Position numbers and translations under genes: made by a program. This document shows positions 25,189 to 40,500 of a DNA stretch of 64,000 nt, piece by piece (position 1 is the stretch's first letter; the number at the start of each line of letters is the position of its first letter). The DNA is taken from assembly GCA_028023455.1 (NCBI GenBank), contig JAQFVV010000002.1:1674001-1738000 (forward strand), read 5' to 3'. Under the pieces are notes generated by a model. That model saw nothing but the letters and a program-made list of their open reading frames with translations, was not told the DNA's origin and searched no databases. The stretch is from Epiperipatus broadwayi (lineage: Eukaryota > Animalia > Onychophora).

Positions 25189-26264
25189 TATACTATCTTA
25201 AGTTATAATAATGGTTTAGCTAAATAACAATATCAAACATATAACTTATAATCGAGTGCTTTCAGTTACTTAAATCATAATCATTATTAACTTGAACTTA
25301 TGTGTAAGAGAAACAGATCTGACATAATTTTTCATGAATTTTGTATTTAATTATTAGCAGGTTGTTTATTAATTTATATGAATCGCCCCTTAATTTTTCT
25401 TATTCTATATCTTTTTTTTTTTCAATTTTTAACACATTAGTATAATATGCGCAGATTTCATAATTACATACATGCATGTGCACAGATACATACACACGCC
25501 TACATAAACGTTTAGATTAGAACTAATTAAATTGCTGATACAAATTTGACAAGCTTGACATGATTTTAAAATAACAAAGCAAAACATCTGCAGTATGTTC
25601 ATTACATAGCTTACAAAACTAGACTTTAGCTGGCTGCAAATGCAATGCTTGAAACTAAAATTCAGTATATAAACTTCAAAAACATTATGGTTTCCTATTG
25701 AAATTGTCATAAGAACTTTCTTATACATTAAAAAAAAATATTAAATTCTCTACAATACCAACATTCCATAAAACAAATGAAGCTAAAAATAGATAATAAT
25801 TATAATAAAATTAAAAAAAATAAAGAATTTTTAAATATTTAAAGTTATTAATTTTACATTTATTTATTAATTGTTCATTTTTGTATGTTCATCTTAAAAG
25901 TAGAACACTTTAAAAATGATCAAAAAGCGAAAAGTAGAACACTTTTAATATTATAAATATATTGTACATAAAGTTATGAAAACTATGAATATCCTTACAG
26001 ATCGTTATTCATAACAGTTTGTATGTATGTGGGTGTGGGTGTAAAAATAGCTATTCTATATACAATTATCAGATCTAAGATTTATATAGGAGGCATATGT
26101 TAAGGCCATCTTTTTTTCTTAAATATCAATTATGTTTAATAATTTGTTTTCAAGATTTTATTTTATTTTAATAAACGACCTTCAGATTAAAAAAAAAAAT
26201 ATATAATACTAAATTAATTTTATTGTTTATACACACATTCTAATATGTATACCTACATACCTAC

Positions 26265-26310
26265 CTATCTATCTATAATATCTATCTATCATCTATCCAT
26301 CCATCAGTCC

Positions 26311-26398
<88 letters not shown>

Positions 26399-26445
26399 GT
26401 CTATCTATCTATCTGTCTGCCTATTTGCTTAACTATTTATCTATC
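26265..26445. repeat. (TATC)n microsatellite
   Basis: Directly visible. It accounts for the IYLS-repeat ORF. Confidence 0.95.
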
Positions 26446-27059
26446 TCTCTATCTATATGGCATACAATATATATATATATATATTTATTTATTTAATATA
26501 ATTTGCTCAATTTCTTTTGAAACTAATATTATATTTTATTTTCTAATTAAAAATATTTTTCATCAAAATTGTTCATTTTGATATAATGTAATTATGTAAT
26601 GGTTAAATTGTACATATCTGTAAGTATATATAAATTTATTTAAAAAAAACATCTTGTATTTGCATTGTTCTTACATTTTATTTTGTATAATATTTGTTAA
26701 TATAATTTTTATGAAAGAACTCATAAAACACACTATAAGTTGTATTGCATTTTTGAAATATGCTTGGAAAAAAAAAAAAAAAGTATGTAATGTAACATAA
26801 TATATGAATATAGTTTATGATATTTTTCTAATCTTTCTCAAACATACTTAGTGCTAAGAGTTGATTTCCACTAGTAGCTGCAATGCAGAAGGTAAGATAA
26901 AAGTTAGATATATAATCCATGAATAGATTAATTTCTTATAACTGTTTCATATAAACATCATATTAGCTATGCACTTGTGTTGAAATGACTTCAACAGCCA
27001 GAATCTATTTATATCACCTGAAGATACAATCAAGAAAAATGTTTTGAGTGATTTTGATA

Positions 27060-27750
27060 TATATTAAAAGATTTTAACATATGGAGTAGTGTCATCAGCT
27101 GCTATCAGAAGTCCAAGAAAAGAGAAATATAACACTTTTTTGAATATCATTTGAAGAGAAAAGAGAAAATTAAATTTGTAGATTATTCTTTTACTTTGTA
27201 AAAATATTAAATATTTGTTTATAATAAATACATATAATTTGTGTATAATATATTTGCTTTTTAGCAGAAAATTAGTAAATTGAAAGTTTATAGATATCAA
27301 ATAGGAAACACCTACTTTAATAACTTCATTATAGCATTTTATTGCTATTTTATAATTGGAAGGTTGATTTCTGATATTTCAAATAATATTTTTGTTTGAA
27401 TTTATAATTTAATAAAATTTATTTTAACTATAAAAATTTAATAGAGAATATATTTATTTATTAAATACATTTTTAGGGTAAAATCTTTGATTACAATATT
27501 TGTTTATTTTAATTAATTATACTCCCATTGTTTGCAAAGTTGTTATTTCGCATTTAAGATTGCTTTTAATTTTTCAGTTTATATTTTTACTGAACTTTGT
27601 CAAAAACTTAAATATTTAATTGAGAATAAGTTAATTTTTATTGCAAATTACCACTGAATATGAAAAAACAGGAAATAGGCTCATGAGTGTTTTCACTAAA
27701 AGAAATTGAATAGTTACCAACATTAGACAAGTTCAAGATTATTTTATGCT
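27060..27750 (-). mobile_element. Possible decayed PLE 3' end
   Basis: SNV.YSIS.SE-like GIY-YIG remnant near 27700 and gctgatgacact..gttaaaa HHR-like remnant near 27075-27103. Confidence 0.3.
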
Positions 27751-28289
27751 TTTACAAGATTATTTTATGTTTTTAAATATATTTGATTATAGATTTAATA
27801 TTTAAAGTAATTGAGGTTTAAATGCATTTGTATTCAAACACTAGATTGTCATTCAGATTAACATTGATATTATAAGTGAGGAAATATTTATAGTGGGGGA
27901 GGAGTTTTTGTTATTTAATGTGATTAACCTTGATATGGTATGCTCCCTATATTACATATTTGTAAATACAAGCTTATAAAAGCAATCTCACATAATAAAT
28001 GACTTGCTTTATTGATTATTTCATAATTATATATATATATATGTGTGTGTGTGTGTGCATGTGTACTTACATTTTAAAAATTTAATAGGAATTTTTGTAT
28101 ATTTTTATAAATAATTTTTAGCTCTTGTAAACTAAAATTATATACCTATAACAATAGTATTCTGAAATATTTGATTGTAAAAGTGATTTTGCTTATAGCT
28201 TATTAGCTAAGTTTATATAAATATTATGGATCATATAACTTGATAAAAAAAATTATTTATTATATACATAATGTTACAGATCTAAAGAA

Positions 28290-28720
28290 TCCCAGATGCA
28301 ATCATGCCCACTTGCACTCCCCAAACATATTTGAATTCACAGATGGTTCAATAGAAAAATAAATAAATATTTAAAAGTCTTCTGTAACCAAAAGAATAAT
28401 TGAAAATATAATGTAAGATATACCACCCTCCAATTGTATATTTTTAAAAAATAAGCTAATTAAGCCAGTTAATGTATTGTTGATGGTTTGTATTTACTGT
28501 TGATAGTTCCCAATAGAAACCATTTATAATTTGACTTATAGGACCATAGCCATTATATAATGAAACTATATTATGTAAGTTTAATACAATTAATTATAAT
28601 ATTAGCTCATAACTAGTTACTGTTCACCAATGTGAATCTTAATATCTGATTATCACATACATTCTTTTAACATTATATAATTTGAATAGTGTATGGAACT
28701 GAAAGTGAAAAAAATACAAA
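28290..28720 (+). mobile_element. Possible RNase H remnant of a LINE
   Basis: FTDGS at about 28340, FT.DS at about 28492 and a G..G.E-like segment at about 28690, in RNase H order. Confidence 0.25.
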
Positions 28721-29329
28721 AGTTTTAAGTACTAATAAAAAAATTAAAAAAACTATGTTTTGATTATAACAAAAAATGAGCATTTATATATCAATAATAT
28801 CTTTATTGCTCCTGTTTAATTTTAAAATAACAATTTCAAGATTAACATATACATATTGAATTGTTTATTTCTATTATGACAGACATCAACCTAATAACTA
28901 TACAAACCTTTTTAGTGCGTGTAAACAATTAAGTGCATCTCAAGCTTTCTCCTCTATAGTATTCTAAAATGCTTTTAGTTCCATTAAATATAAGTACATA
29001 TTATGTGGAGGCAAGAAATAAAATATTGAATTTCAAATGTTAATAAATTTCAAATATTAAATATTTAAAAATATATATTGGCATACAATAATAATAACAA
29101 AAACAACAGCAACAACTATAATAATAACAAATAGTAATAATAATAATATTGCAGCAAATCTTATCTTAACTGCATGATAGCAAAGTGTTCCCATTTTTAA
29201 ACATCCAGACTTCACTCAAAATCAATATCGTTAAAGGTAATATTTACATTTCTCAAAAGGAAAAGAAAAAAATCTAATCATAAATCATATTTTTTGTTAT
29301 CTTTTACTGTTATCTTTAAAAAACTCATT

Positions 29330-32300
29330 AATAACTGATTTCAACAATTGTTAAAAAGCAATTAGAGATGGTAGCTAATGTTTCACTTGAAAAACAAACT
29401 GAAGCCAAAAACAGCTTATTTAAAAAATTTCATCAATGTACAATCAAACACACATGCCAGCATAGCTAAAACTAACATGGAAGTCCTCTAACTCTAAAAC
29501 TTAATTCAAGATTCCAAAAATCCACTGTTAATGATTTGATAAACCTAGACTTTGCAAATTAAGATAAATATTAAAACCAACCCCCCTTTACATGGACATC
29601 TGAAATGCTAAATAACGTTGATGTAAAATTCGAGGACACCATTTCCAGGGGACTTTATACAACATTCTATCAATATTTCTCAGACCATTCCATTATCCTA
29701 TCTACTAGTGATACCTATCCTTGTATCATTTCCTACGAGCCTTATTGTATGAGCACTTAGCTACCACAACTTATGGAACTCTATGCTCTGCATGGCCAAT
29801 AACCCTAACCCTAGATACTTGGTTGTTGAATTTATGATTCAACACAAAAAAATGATTTAAGAAAAACATTATTATATTAGGCAGTTTTGTATTAATTGTT
29901 GTGACACACCACCAAAGCCACCACATAACTGAAACCATTAAAATCACCTATTTAGCTTACTATATGCAAGACTTTCAAAAATTAATGAAACCATTCAGCA
30001 AAACTGTTCCGACCAACCACATTCCAATTCCCATATAGAATAACAGTTTTGAATTTAAAAAGTAAAGCTGAATGTATCCTCACCCAAATTACCTATCAAA
30101 AGGCCACTATTTACATCTACATAAGAGGCATAAAACCTCACTGTTTTTTGTGGATAGGGATGACATTTACCTATAAATTGCCCCACTAGCCAGTGTCTGC
30201 AGTGTGACCAAATAGTAAAACATATGCCAAGATGCATTTGCAATAAAAACCAAACTTTCACTAAAAATAATACCAACATATGCAAAATGACAACTCCTAC
30301 ACAGGTGATGAAATTTACTCATTAACCTAAATTGACCTTATAATAGACTCAAACAACCCCACCCCTAAGAAGTGTATTAACCAGAATTATCAAATTATCA
30401 ATGACAGTACTAACCATACACCTGGTTCCAGAAATTAACAATACACCAAAACCAATTTAAGTGCTGAAATTGAAAAGTAGAATTCAAACACTTCTGATGT
30501 TAACATTGCACACAACTTTCAAACTTATGTAACCAATAAAACATTTCCAGAAGTCATGGATACCATAATATTGATCTCCCTGACCACTGAATGTCTCCTT
30601 GAAAAAGCTGCAAATTCAAAAAGGTAAAAACAATCAATCCAGAACTCATACCAACTTGCGACTCATCTGATGGGTCAATTCCTATTAATGACAGCCTTGA
30701 ATGCATCTCCATTCAAGTACTAGCCAACAACCAAAATTCATACTCAGATCAACTAATACCTCATCAAATAATACATTCTCATCAATCACAACCCAGAAAG
30801 TGATGACACTCAATAAACAAACAGCAAATAAAGCAAAGATCTAAATCTTAATACACAAATAAAACCAAAAAACAACAGCTGTCAGAGTGATACTCCTCAA
30901 CTATCACATGCAAAAGTTAATATTCAAAAGAACATACATCAGTCAAACATCACTGATGACTATTTCTCAAACCAGCAATTCAATCTTGGATTAAGATACA
31001 TTTTAAATTCCTGAGACCCAAGTCACCAATGAGGACCATTCTACACAGTCCACCCCCACTTAAATCTACCATCTCTTAACTACACATTCAAACATGGAAG
31101 TAAAAATATCATCATTACATATTTGAGGCTTAAACTCAATCAGAAAAAATTATTAAATAAATATATGAATATAATTCTCACAACAATATATTCTTGGCCT
31201 TCTGGAGACAAAGATCTATGATGGATCTCAAATTGAACCAGCCACTTACCTAAGTGCACAAGATTTTTGAAATTTCTCCAAAAGCTGATCATCACTATCA
31301 GTCAGTACTGGGGTCATTATAAAGTGAGATTGTGTTCTTCACTCATTCAAGATAATTTATATAGATGCCAACCTACTCATGATCACCCTACATCATTGCA
31401 TGATTATGCTCAATGCCATATTTGTCTACATATGTACAGGGTTTAGCAACTCTGTTTGTGTTTTCCTCTCACCTAGTCATCTTACTAGGTGATTTCATAA
31501 TGACATATCACACATTCACCTCCAAATAGTTATGTCAACTCACCTTTCCATTAATGAGTGCAGAAGTAATATTCCCATCTGACTCCATTTCCTTTTGCAA
31601 CTATTGTCATGTTTTGCTTATTGACTTATGTTTTTACTCACCAATGCTTCTTCATCATATCACACTAAATCCTGTCCTTACTCTTCTCTGACCACGCTTC
31701 CCAAATGTTTACTTTCAACTTAAATGCAACACAAGCAGTAATGAGGGGTCTAAAAAGATGGTAAGAATATTACTACCCACAAATACCCCCAAACTTTTTT
31801 TCCTCAGAAACCTACAAAGAATCTATTTTTCAACATTGGCCACATTAAATGAGCCACCTCTCCAACCTCCAAGCTTCTAACCTTGGCAGATGAACTGCAC
31901 AAATACATCATCATGTGCTATACCACTCTTGACACAACTGATCACATTCAAAATCTTACTAACAGCTACATCAATGTATTCCAAATTGAGGAAATGCTTA
32001 GCCATTCAAAAAAGGTCTGCCTACTGCAACTACACATTTGGATCTGATGACATGTTCAATGGGCTCTGAGCTACCCCTCCAAATTAAAAATTCCATTAGC
32101 CCTCAAGTTTGAAAGTCTGCTACTGCTGTATACAACATAAATAAACAATTTATGAACACTTTAAATTGAAATTACAAGCATACAATACATTTAAACCCAA
32201 ATCTGATCTATTGGCCAACCAGAATCAGAAACCCTTTTCATACTGGTATTTTTGACCTCAAGCTTGCCATAATTCTGAATAACTGTCATTCTGGGCTCAT

Positions 32301-33320
32301 GGAATTCCTATGTTTGTCTTCTCACACTTCAGCCACTTCACCTATGTGATCTCAAACTTCTTATCACAAAAATTCTATAGTATCCAAGGTCTATACCCTT
32401 TCTCACCAGTATCATTCAATAAAAAACATACTCAAATATTCAATTCATCTAATATATATCCTATTTACATGGAGCCACTTGGCATAAAAATTTATGGAAA
32501 AAGTCCTTAAAAAATTCGAACCACAACTACTTTTATTAATATTGCCCATGCAATTTGCCTAAAAGGGATCATCTATATGGCAAGTGTCACTCTTGTTCAA
32601 AATAATTCTGAACTCACTATGAGAAAAAGAAAAATGTCCTAATGACAATTCAATTCAACATCTAGGCTGCCTTTGACTCATTCTCAACAAATACTTTAAT
32701 TCACATGCTTGTAGCCACTACTATATCTCCCTCTCTTTTATACACTTTGACCAACTCACTGCTTAACTGAGAGATTCATGTTGCACATAATGGTAGGTCA
32801 TCACAGCCATTCACCCCTTACCAATCTGTTCCTTAACTATTTATCACATATATTAACCCTCACATAACCAATATCCAAGAAAACATCACAGAAATTCAAA
32901 TTTGCACAATGTTCAAATACCATGCCTGACCTAAATAGCTGATATCACCAACTTTCTAACTTTCAAAAATGATTTTCACACTTTTCAGAGAATACTTAAT
33001 GAATACATCACCAAATACAAATTTAAATATAAATAATACATCCACATGGTTACTTTGTACTGGCAAACCACACACCCAAATTTACCATGGTTAGCCCTCC
33101 ACCTTATTTCTTGGTTTCCCATTAACCTCAGTACTGTTGGTATGAGACAAATATCTAAAACAAACTCAAGAGTGATGTCAAATGAATAATCACCTCACTC
33201 TGCAAAACATATCTCTTACTATATTCCAAAGTTTATCTCATAAATCAACTGATAATCACAAAAGTCAACTACTATTTGCCTATCATAAAATTTCAAAATC
33301 CTTTACCTCCTTTATCTCAT
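29330..33320 (+). mobile_element. Decayed Tx1/L1-like LINE
   Basis: Same A/C-rich plus-strand composition as the 37.6-43.4 kb element. CxxC knuckle remnant at about 30195, APE remnants near 31110 (IITY..GLN), 31483 (LLGDF) and 31686 (SDH). No clear RT motifs. Confidence 0.6.
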
Positions 33321-33324
33321 CACT

Positions 33325-34860
33325 TTGTAATAAGTTGCTATGGTACAGGAAGACATATATTGGTAAATTTTTGGAAGATATGTTGGGTTTTGGAACATAT
33401 ACAATTGCATCTTCTTATGAGTTTGTTGATAAAATTAAAAATATAAAAATAAATAATAATGATTTATTAGCTTCATTGGATGTAACAGAATTATATGGAT
33501 CAATTGATCATCTTGAATATATAAATTTAATTGAAATTGAACTAATTAATATGTCTGTAAATAAACATTTAATAAATTTTATTATTGAATCACTAAAATT
33601 TATAAGTGATAATATTATTGCAACATATAATGATAGGTTTTATAAAATGGGTAATGGATGGCCAATGGGATTACCTATGGTAGCACAAATTTGTAATTTT
33701 ACATTGTCAAAATATGAAGATATTATATTTAATTCTTATAATTTTGAAGATTGATGTTTTTCTTTGTGGTCCTAAAGACATTATTGATGTTCTTTTATAT
33801 AATCTGAATAATTTAAACAATTTAAAATGGACTATTGAGAATGAACAAAATGGAAAAATAAAGTTTTTGGATTTACAAATATTTAGAGATGCTACTGATT
33901 TAAATTATAAATTAATTTTTAAACCTATTGGAGAAAGAGGATATATTCATTTTAAATCATGTGTTCCAATGATACATAAAATGGTAAGTCTGAAATCATT
34001 TTTGAATCGCAATGATACGCTATGTAAAATAAGAGTGACAAAATTTTAAATATTGAACTCTTTGCTAATGAACTTTTAAAGGTTGGTTATGATAAAAACC
34101 AAATCTTGCATACAGTAAATTCATTTAATAAGAAGAAAAGTGTTTGCAGTGTTACTTTAGATAATAAAAAATGGATATCTATGCCGTTTATAAATAACAT
34201 GCAATCTAAATTAATTAAGAATATATTTAAAGAAAAGTATAATATTTCATTTTGTGTTCCTCCAAATGTTAATCGATTGATTAATAATTCTAAGAGTATA
34301 ATTCCTAAATTACAAAGAAGTAATATAATTTATTAGATTTCATGTGGATGTCAGAAATTTTACATCTGTGAATTGAGATTTTCTGTGGAAAAAAGATTGA
34401 AGGAGCATCAATTATTATATAATCGAATTAAAAATAATGTAAATAGTCAATTTAATACACCTTCAGTATTCTTTGACCATGAAAAAACTTGTAATTATAA
34501 GTTTACATTTAATAGTCATGAAATAAAAATATTAATGGAAGAAAGAAATCATAAAAAGAGGAAACTTAAAGAGGCAATATTAATTGATAAATATAAGAAT
34601 GATGTTATTAATAGGCAAGTTGCGAATACAGCCATACACAGCTTATGGAAATATACATAATATTAAGTTTAAAAAATTTGAAATTCAGTTAAAGCTGACG
34701 AGGATTACCACATAATCGAAAGCACTACAAAAGAATTTAGACTATAATGTTGCATTTGCCATTAATTTTTTTTTTATTTATATATATTTTATAATGGGTA
34801 TTGTATTTTATATATATATTGTGAGTGCCAACAAATAATATAATGATGTGCAAGTAAAAT
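33325..34860 (+). mobile_element. 5'-truncated Penelope-like retroelement (RT, C-terminal GIY-YIG, HHR), frameshifted
   Basis: SSYEFVDKIKNIKI, LASLDVTELYGSI, GWPMGLPM, WTIENEQNGKIKFLDLQI, YIHFKSCVP, ISMPFI, SNIIY*ISCGCQKFYI, RLKEH and KRKLKEAILI occur across track ORFs 33182-34660. Base composition shifts abruptly at about 33325. Ends are approximate. Confidence 0.92.
34681..34739 (+). ncRNA. Minimal hammerhead ribozyme at the PLE 3' end
   Basis: CTGACGA (34695-34701), G, GATT-accacat-AATC, GAAA (34718-34721), GCAC, TA. AGCACT looks like a CpG-decayed AGCGCT palindrome. Distal stem I is aaattc/gaattt; proximal stem I is mismatched. Confidence 0.75.
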
Positions 34861-37599
34861 AAAACAGATGATATAAGTAGAGTATGAATATAGCACGAGT
34901 ATATGGATAGAACATGAATAAGGGAGGTTAACCTCCACATCAACAGTAAAATAAAACAATACATCAATCACAAAAGCTGGCTTAAGTGGGATGAGCATGA
35001 GTAGATATAGGAGAGGCCACAGTACACTATCAACTTTACATTACCTTAAGTTCCCTATAATCTAACATTATACAAAGCATACTGGTTAAACTAACTTTCA
35101 ATACCTAAAGGCAATGATATTAAAAGACGTCTATTTAATTCACAGTTATATTAAGTGGTTAATAATCAGGATAATATCTGTCAAATGAATGATAATGAAA
35201 TTAGCAAAATGAAATGAATAAAGATGTAGAAGTTTTAAAAGAGTAATGAAGAGTGATAATAATTGACTATTGGAAATGAATAATGGATAGGTTTAAACAT
35301 GAGAAGAAGAAATGGGGATCAATGAAGGGTGAATAAACTGTGCTGGGATAATAAAATGAGATGATGATGAAATTAAAAAAAAGAAAATATGAATGAACTT
35401 TGATAACAATGTTGGTGATGATGAATGGAATCCTGAAACATTATTTGGATATTATTAAAATAAAAGCAAGGGATTCTAAATTTAAATAATTAAAGAAGAA
35501 AGTTTAAATCTTTGAGATTTTAATGAATCAATGAAACAATAAGAACGAAGATAAAGAGACTAAGATAATTCATACCAAATGACTTAAGAAATAAATCTGA
35601 CAAACAAAATCAAAGTTAAACTATTAATGAATAACTTTATTCATATAATTTTAAATTTCAATACTTTTATAATGTATATCTGAATCAGTAAGAGAGATTT
35701 TACTACTATCCAAATATAGAAAATTGAGATGACTTATATTACATAAAAAAAATATTTAACTACTTTACTAGTAATAATAAAAGTAAACTCTAATTTTTAT
35801 AATAAATCAACAAATCGATAACAATAAGGTAAATGTAATAATCATGTTAATAATTAAATATCTTGCAGATATTTTAATCATAACTGTAACAATACCAGTA
35901 GGACAATTATAATATCATCTATAAATACTTTAGATTTGACCACTATGAACAATATGACCAAGTTCAGTGAATGATGGTATTTTACAATTTATTGAAATAT
36001 TATTCTCTAAAATTAACTATTTGGTTTTTTAATACGTCACTTTAAACTAGTATTTCTGCATGATAATAACAACATGTTAATCAGTCAATATACTCTAAAA
36101 ATAAGAGTTTGGTAAAATTGATTAATGATATGGCTGAACATATAATAAAACTGATAATACTGAATGATGACAATGGTGATAGCAATAAGAATAATGGGTG
36201 GATAGTGTTAAGCAATAAGGTTACTGATAAACATAATAAGTTTCCAAAAACAAATTTTATTTACAATATTTACACATTTTAAAAAATAAAATAAAATATA
36301 TCCTTCATCAAACTTTAAAAAGGAAAGTACATAAAACAAGATTTTATTAGCATAACTAAAATATTAACATGAAAAAGGATCTCCTTCAATCTAATTAAAA
36401 TTATAATACACTATCACCCTTTTTTTAATATTCTTATTTGCACCCATTCTTTAATCTAAGTTTATTTTAGCTTTTTACACTAGCATAAGATTTTATTCAC
36501 CATGTTTACTTTATTAAATTTCCTTTGGGTTTATTAAATTTCTTTATCCAAAATTAAAATATAGGTAAGGTAACCACCATGTTACTACTAAATAAATGGT
36601 AAGCAGGCAATACCTATTGCTAGGCAGTTCAGGATATTGAATATTCTCTCAGGCAGTAATAACCATACTTATTTTACCATATTAAGAAGACTATACACTT
36701 CTTAATTTTATTTATCTAGGATGTTGGGCTAGTAGTATAACACAATTCTATTTAAAATAAATCAGTATTACCATAAATCTTTATTTAATTCCTTAATATC
36801 ATATCATGACACTTTACTCTAATATTAATGAAAATGTTGGTATATTAATATTTAACTATAAATATCAAATAACAAATGCAGCATGTATGTTTGAGATCAC
36901 TTCAAGTAGATAATGTATTAGTATAATAATATAATACTATAACTTAATACTTAATAGGAATATTACTATTTACTATCATCGTTTGTTTAATGCTAACATG
37001 ATTCACATATATCATTCATACCTTTAAGGATGATTTCATCATCAGTAAATATTCAATTGTCAAGACTTAATGAGATGAAATCTAATGCCATATGTAATAT
37101 ATATCCATGAGTATATCAATACCCAGTCAAGGCAAATAAGTACATCTGTAACCTAAATCATGGTCATTCCATAACTATGGATGGTCTGAAATCCCAATGC
37201 CACTATTTGGAGACACCTATAGGGATATGAGGAAAATGGGGTGTTTAATCTTTTAGCTAAGAAAATACACAAAAGTCCATAAGAATATAGGGCTTGATTA
37301 GCTCGAAAATCTATGGGCATTGTATGCAATTTACCCATGATGATGACGTTTCACACTTTCATGTAGGGTAAAGAAAAAAGTACCTATTATGTGAGATGAT
37401 ATGGATATAAAGATAGATAACAAAAATAGAAATGCAATATATCATATTCTTTAATATGGAAACAACTAAATCTCTCCACTAAACAACATCTATTCTATAA
37501 GTAAGTGTGAACATAAAACAAATAGAATATAATCAAATTAATTTTACATGAAAATTAAAAATATTAATTATCAACTCGAGAATGATCTCCAGCTGTAAT

Positions 37600-40500
37600 A
37601 AGTTTTATCAGTAATCAGTTATGCAATACAATATAAAACAATATTAACTCACATGATCATTTAGTAATTGCAGTTTTACCAAAATATTAATTAAACTTTC
37701 AAAAGCTGTATAGATGATCTGCTGAAACAGCAAATTCTTAGGTCTAGACCAATCTCAAAATTATGCAGTAATTCTAACGTTAGGCAAGCCTTATCAAGCT
37801 CTCAGATAGAACGAGTTAAGAGTGCTTCAGTAATTTTAATTCAACTAATGTTGATCAGGATGATTTTATTACTTTTAAAAAACTTACCAAAGGTACACAA
37901 AAGTAAAAAGAATCCCGATCTGTTAGTAAACAAAAGATTGCTATGATCACAAATGCTGAACAAAAGCTACTCTGATCGATCTGATCGGAATTTCAAAAAA
38001 ATTGGAAAAAAATAATTCTAGTAAAAATCTAAGCAAAACCTATTCTTCTAATGAAAAAATAAATGATAATACTCAAAATCAAAGTTACAATTCTAAAAAG
38101 TTTCCATCTCAAACAGAAAACACATTAAAAAGTTATGGCATGAATAAATTTAAAAATTTTAAAAACACAGGTGGCACTTTACCGGAACCTGCCGATCTTT
38201 ACTGTAATAACACTTTTTCCGGTCAAACAACAGAGTTAGAATCAATTTCTAAACACAAAAATGGAGATTTAAATACAAAAACACCTTCTAAACTCTACCA
38301 TGACATCGAAGTAACTATGCAACAATTTTCTGATCAAAACTCAGTCTCTGGAAACAACAGCGATAATGGTAAAAAAATTCACAGCAGTTTCACAAAGCAC
38401 AAACAATCACAAGAAACGAGTGTTTAACAAGTCCTTTACAACTCACATTTCCCCAGTCTAAAGCCGACTCTAAACACCAAAAATGCACAGGTTCCCAACA
38501 AAGTAGTGGCTAATCAATTTACATCTTCCCAATACCAAACTCAAAACAAAATAAATAATTCTAACACTACAAATAACGGAAGTTATGCTACAGTTCTGGG
38601 TAACAACAGAGTCATTACACAAAATCTTAGTACAGATTATCAAACAACTCAATATAGCATCCTAGAGTTCATTGAGGATGAAACCCCCACTACTAATTTA
38701 GTGGAAAATAGCTGTTAGCAACATCATCAAAACTCACAGTTTTTTTTAAAAAACTTTCAAGCAGTAAGTCAGGAATTCAATGCTAGAATTCCCCCAGTAC
38801 TCTTCAATTTCTTTCTGAACTACCACAGTGAGACCACTTTAACACTCACTACCACAGCTGTAACTTTTTCACCTTTCCTACAGATGAATTATTTGAACTA
38901 CTTAAAAATCTAAAACTGGGAGAAGCAATCAGAAGAATCTACCATCATCCCAACAGGAGATACTTTATAATAGAGTTCCACAATTTAATTCAAAAAGAAC
39001 TCTTCAAAAGACAGCAACTCTACATGAACCAACATTACCTAATAAAAATTGACATGGACCAGCCTAAAATAGCATATGGATTAGCATGCAACTGCTATAG
39101 AAACTTCACACAAATGGACCTTCAAAGGCTGCTGTCCAAATACGGTGAAGTAACCAACTTTAAATACCTCACAGAAAGAAGAGCAGACTTTGAACTACCT
39201 TCAAACAACATGGCCTCCACACTCAAACTCCACAAGGAATACCCTCTACTTGACATTCCATCAACACTAGAAGAAAATAAGTGCTCTATCTTTATTGCCA
39301 TTCAAGGTGTTCAGCCTCAATGCTTTCTCTGTGGCGAATGGACACACCTCATCCAAACTTGTCCTGTGAGGATTTGTGACTTCTGCAATGTTAAGAAAAC
39401 TAAATACCACAAATGCAATCTAATACCTTCAAATCTACCTTCCATCCTGCAATCCCACATCTCTAATGATGTAGGGCAGAATAAAACTCTAACACATAAA
39501 CCACACTGGGAAGCACCACAGTTATAAAAACAAAAAATAAGTGCTGAAAATAAGACTAGCACAGATGAAGCAATCACTGCTTCACAGCAACTGCAATTAC
39601 AATTGCCTTTTCAACTGTTACATGAAGCTCTAATTGCAACCAAACCAAAAGACACATCTCAACAGCAAAGTATCACAAGCAAGAGAAACCCAATTATAAC
39701 ACTGCACACAATGCAAACCAGACAAAAAGAACAAGTAGCTACACATAAAAGAAAGTCCCAGGATTTATTGAGTTCCCAGCATGAAGATTTAAACAATTCC
39801 ACCACTGACTCAGACATGTAACCAAACTGGCTACATCAAAACACTAACAAATTTGTAACAAATTTGCAAAATCAACAAAGGAAAAAGGAGTGCAAAAGAA
39901 CCAGATGAGCCAAATTACAAGACATGCAAGACAGTACCTATGAAGGCACTCTCAATTCAAATCAAATCACATCATGTAAAATCCCAGTGCTATCTAAATC
40001 ACCTATGATAGAAAAAGCCATGCAAAAAAATACTCAGCAAGCTTCCAACTGTGATGAACAACTAGTCTTAATGGATGAACACATTACTGGAGAATATTTT
40101 GTCTGATTCTGGCAGAAACCCCTACTACATATCTTAAAATAGGTCACATTAATGTAAGGGGCCTTAATTCCCTTGACCATGTTTATGCTGTAAAAAGATG
40201 GATTGATAAAATCAATATTCACATAGCATGCCTTTAATCAGACTACAGAATAGATCATTTATTCCAACAATATGGGCTCTTTCAATACACACATTCCAAC
40301 AAAGTTACACACTTAATCAGACTACAGAATAGATCATCTATTCCAACAATATGGGCTCTTTCAATACACACATTCCAACATTGCATCGTCTGGGGTTGCC
40401 TTTCTCATTCACAAAATGCTGCTATACACCAAACTCAGGACACTTCACCTAGACAAAGAAGTACTGCTGCTAAATTTAACCTTCGGAAGATATTCACTCA

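Noticed and set aside
26245-26496. ORF with IYLS repeats
   Set aside because: It is a translation of the TATC microsatellite.
26860-26905. gcaATGCAGAAG|GTAAGA as a start-codon micro-exon
   Set aside because: A single donor match with no supporting coding context; expected by chance in 64 kb.
27010-27055. atcacCTGAAGAT...gtgat as a hammerhead
   Set aside because: No stem II and no proper GAAA register.
33182-33754. 190-aa ORF as a host gene or functional LINE-PLE fusion protein
   Set aside because: It is a chance in-frame junction between decayed LINE sequence and a truncated, frameshifted PLE RT.
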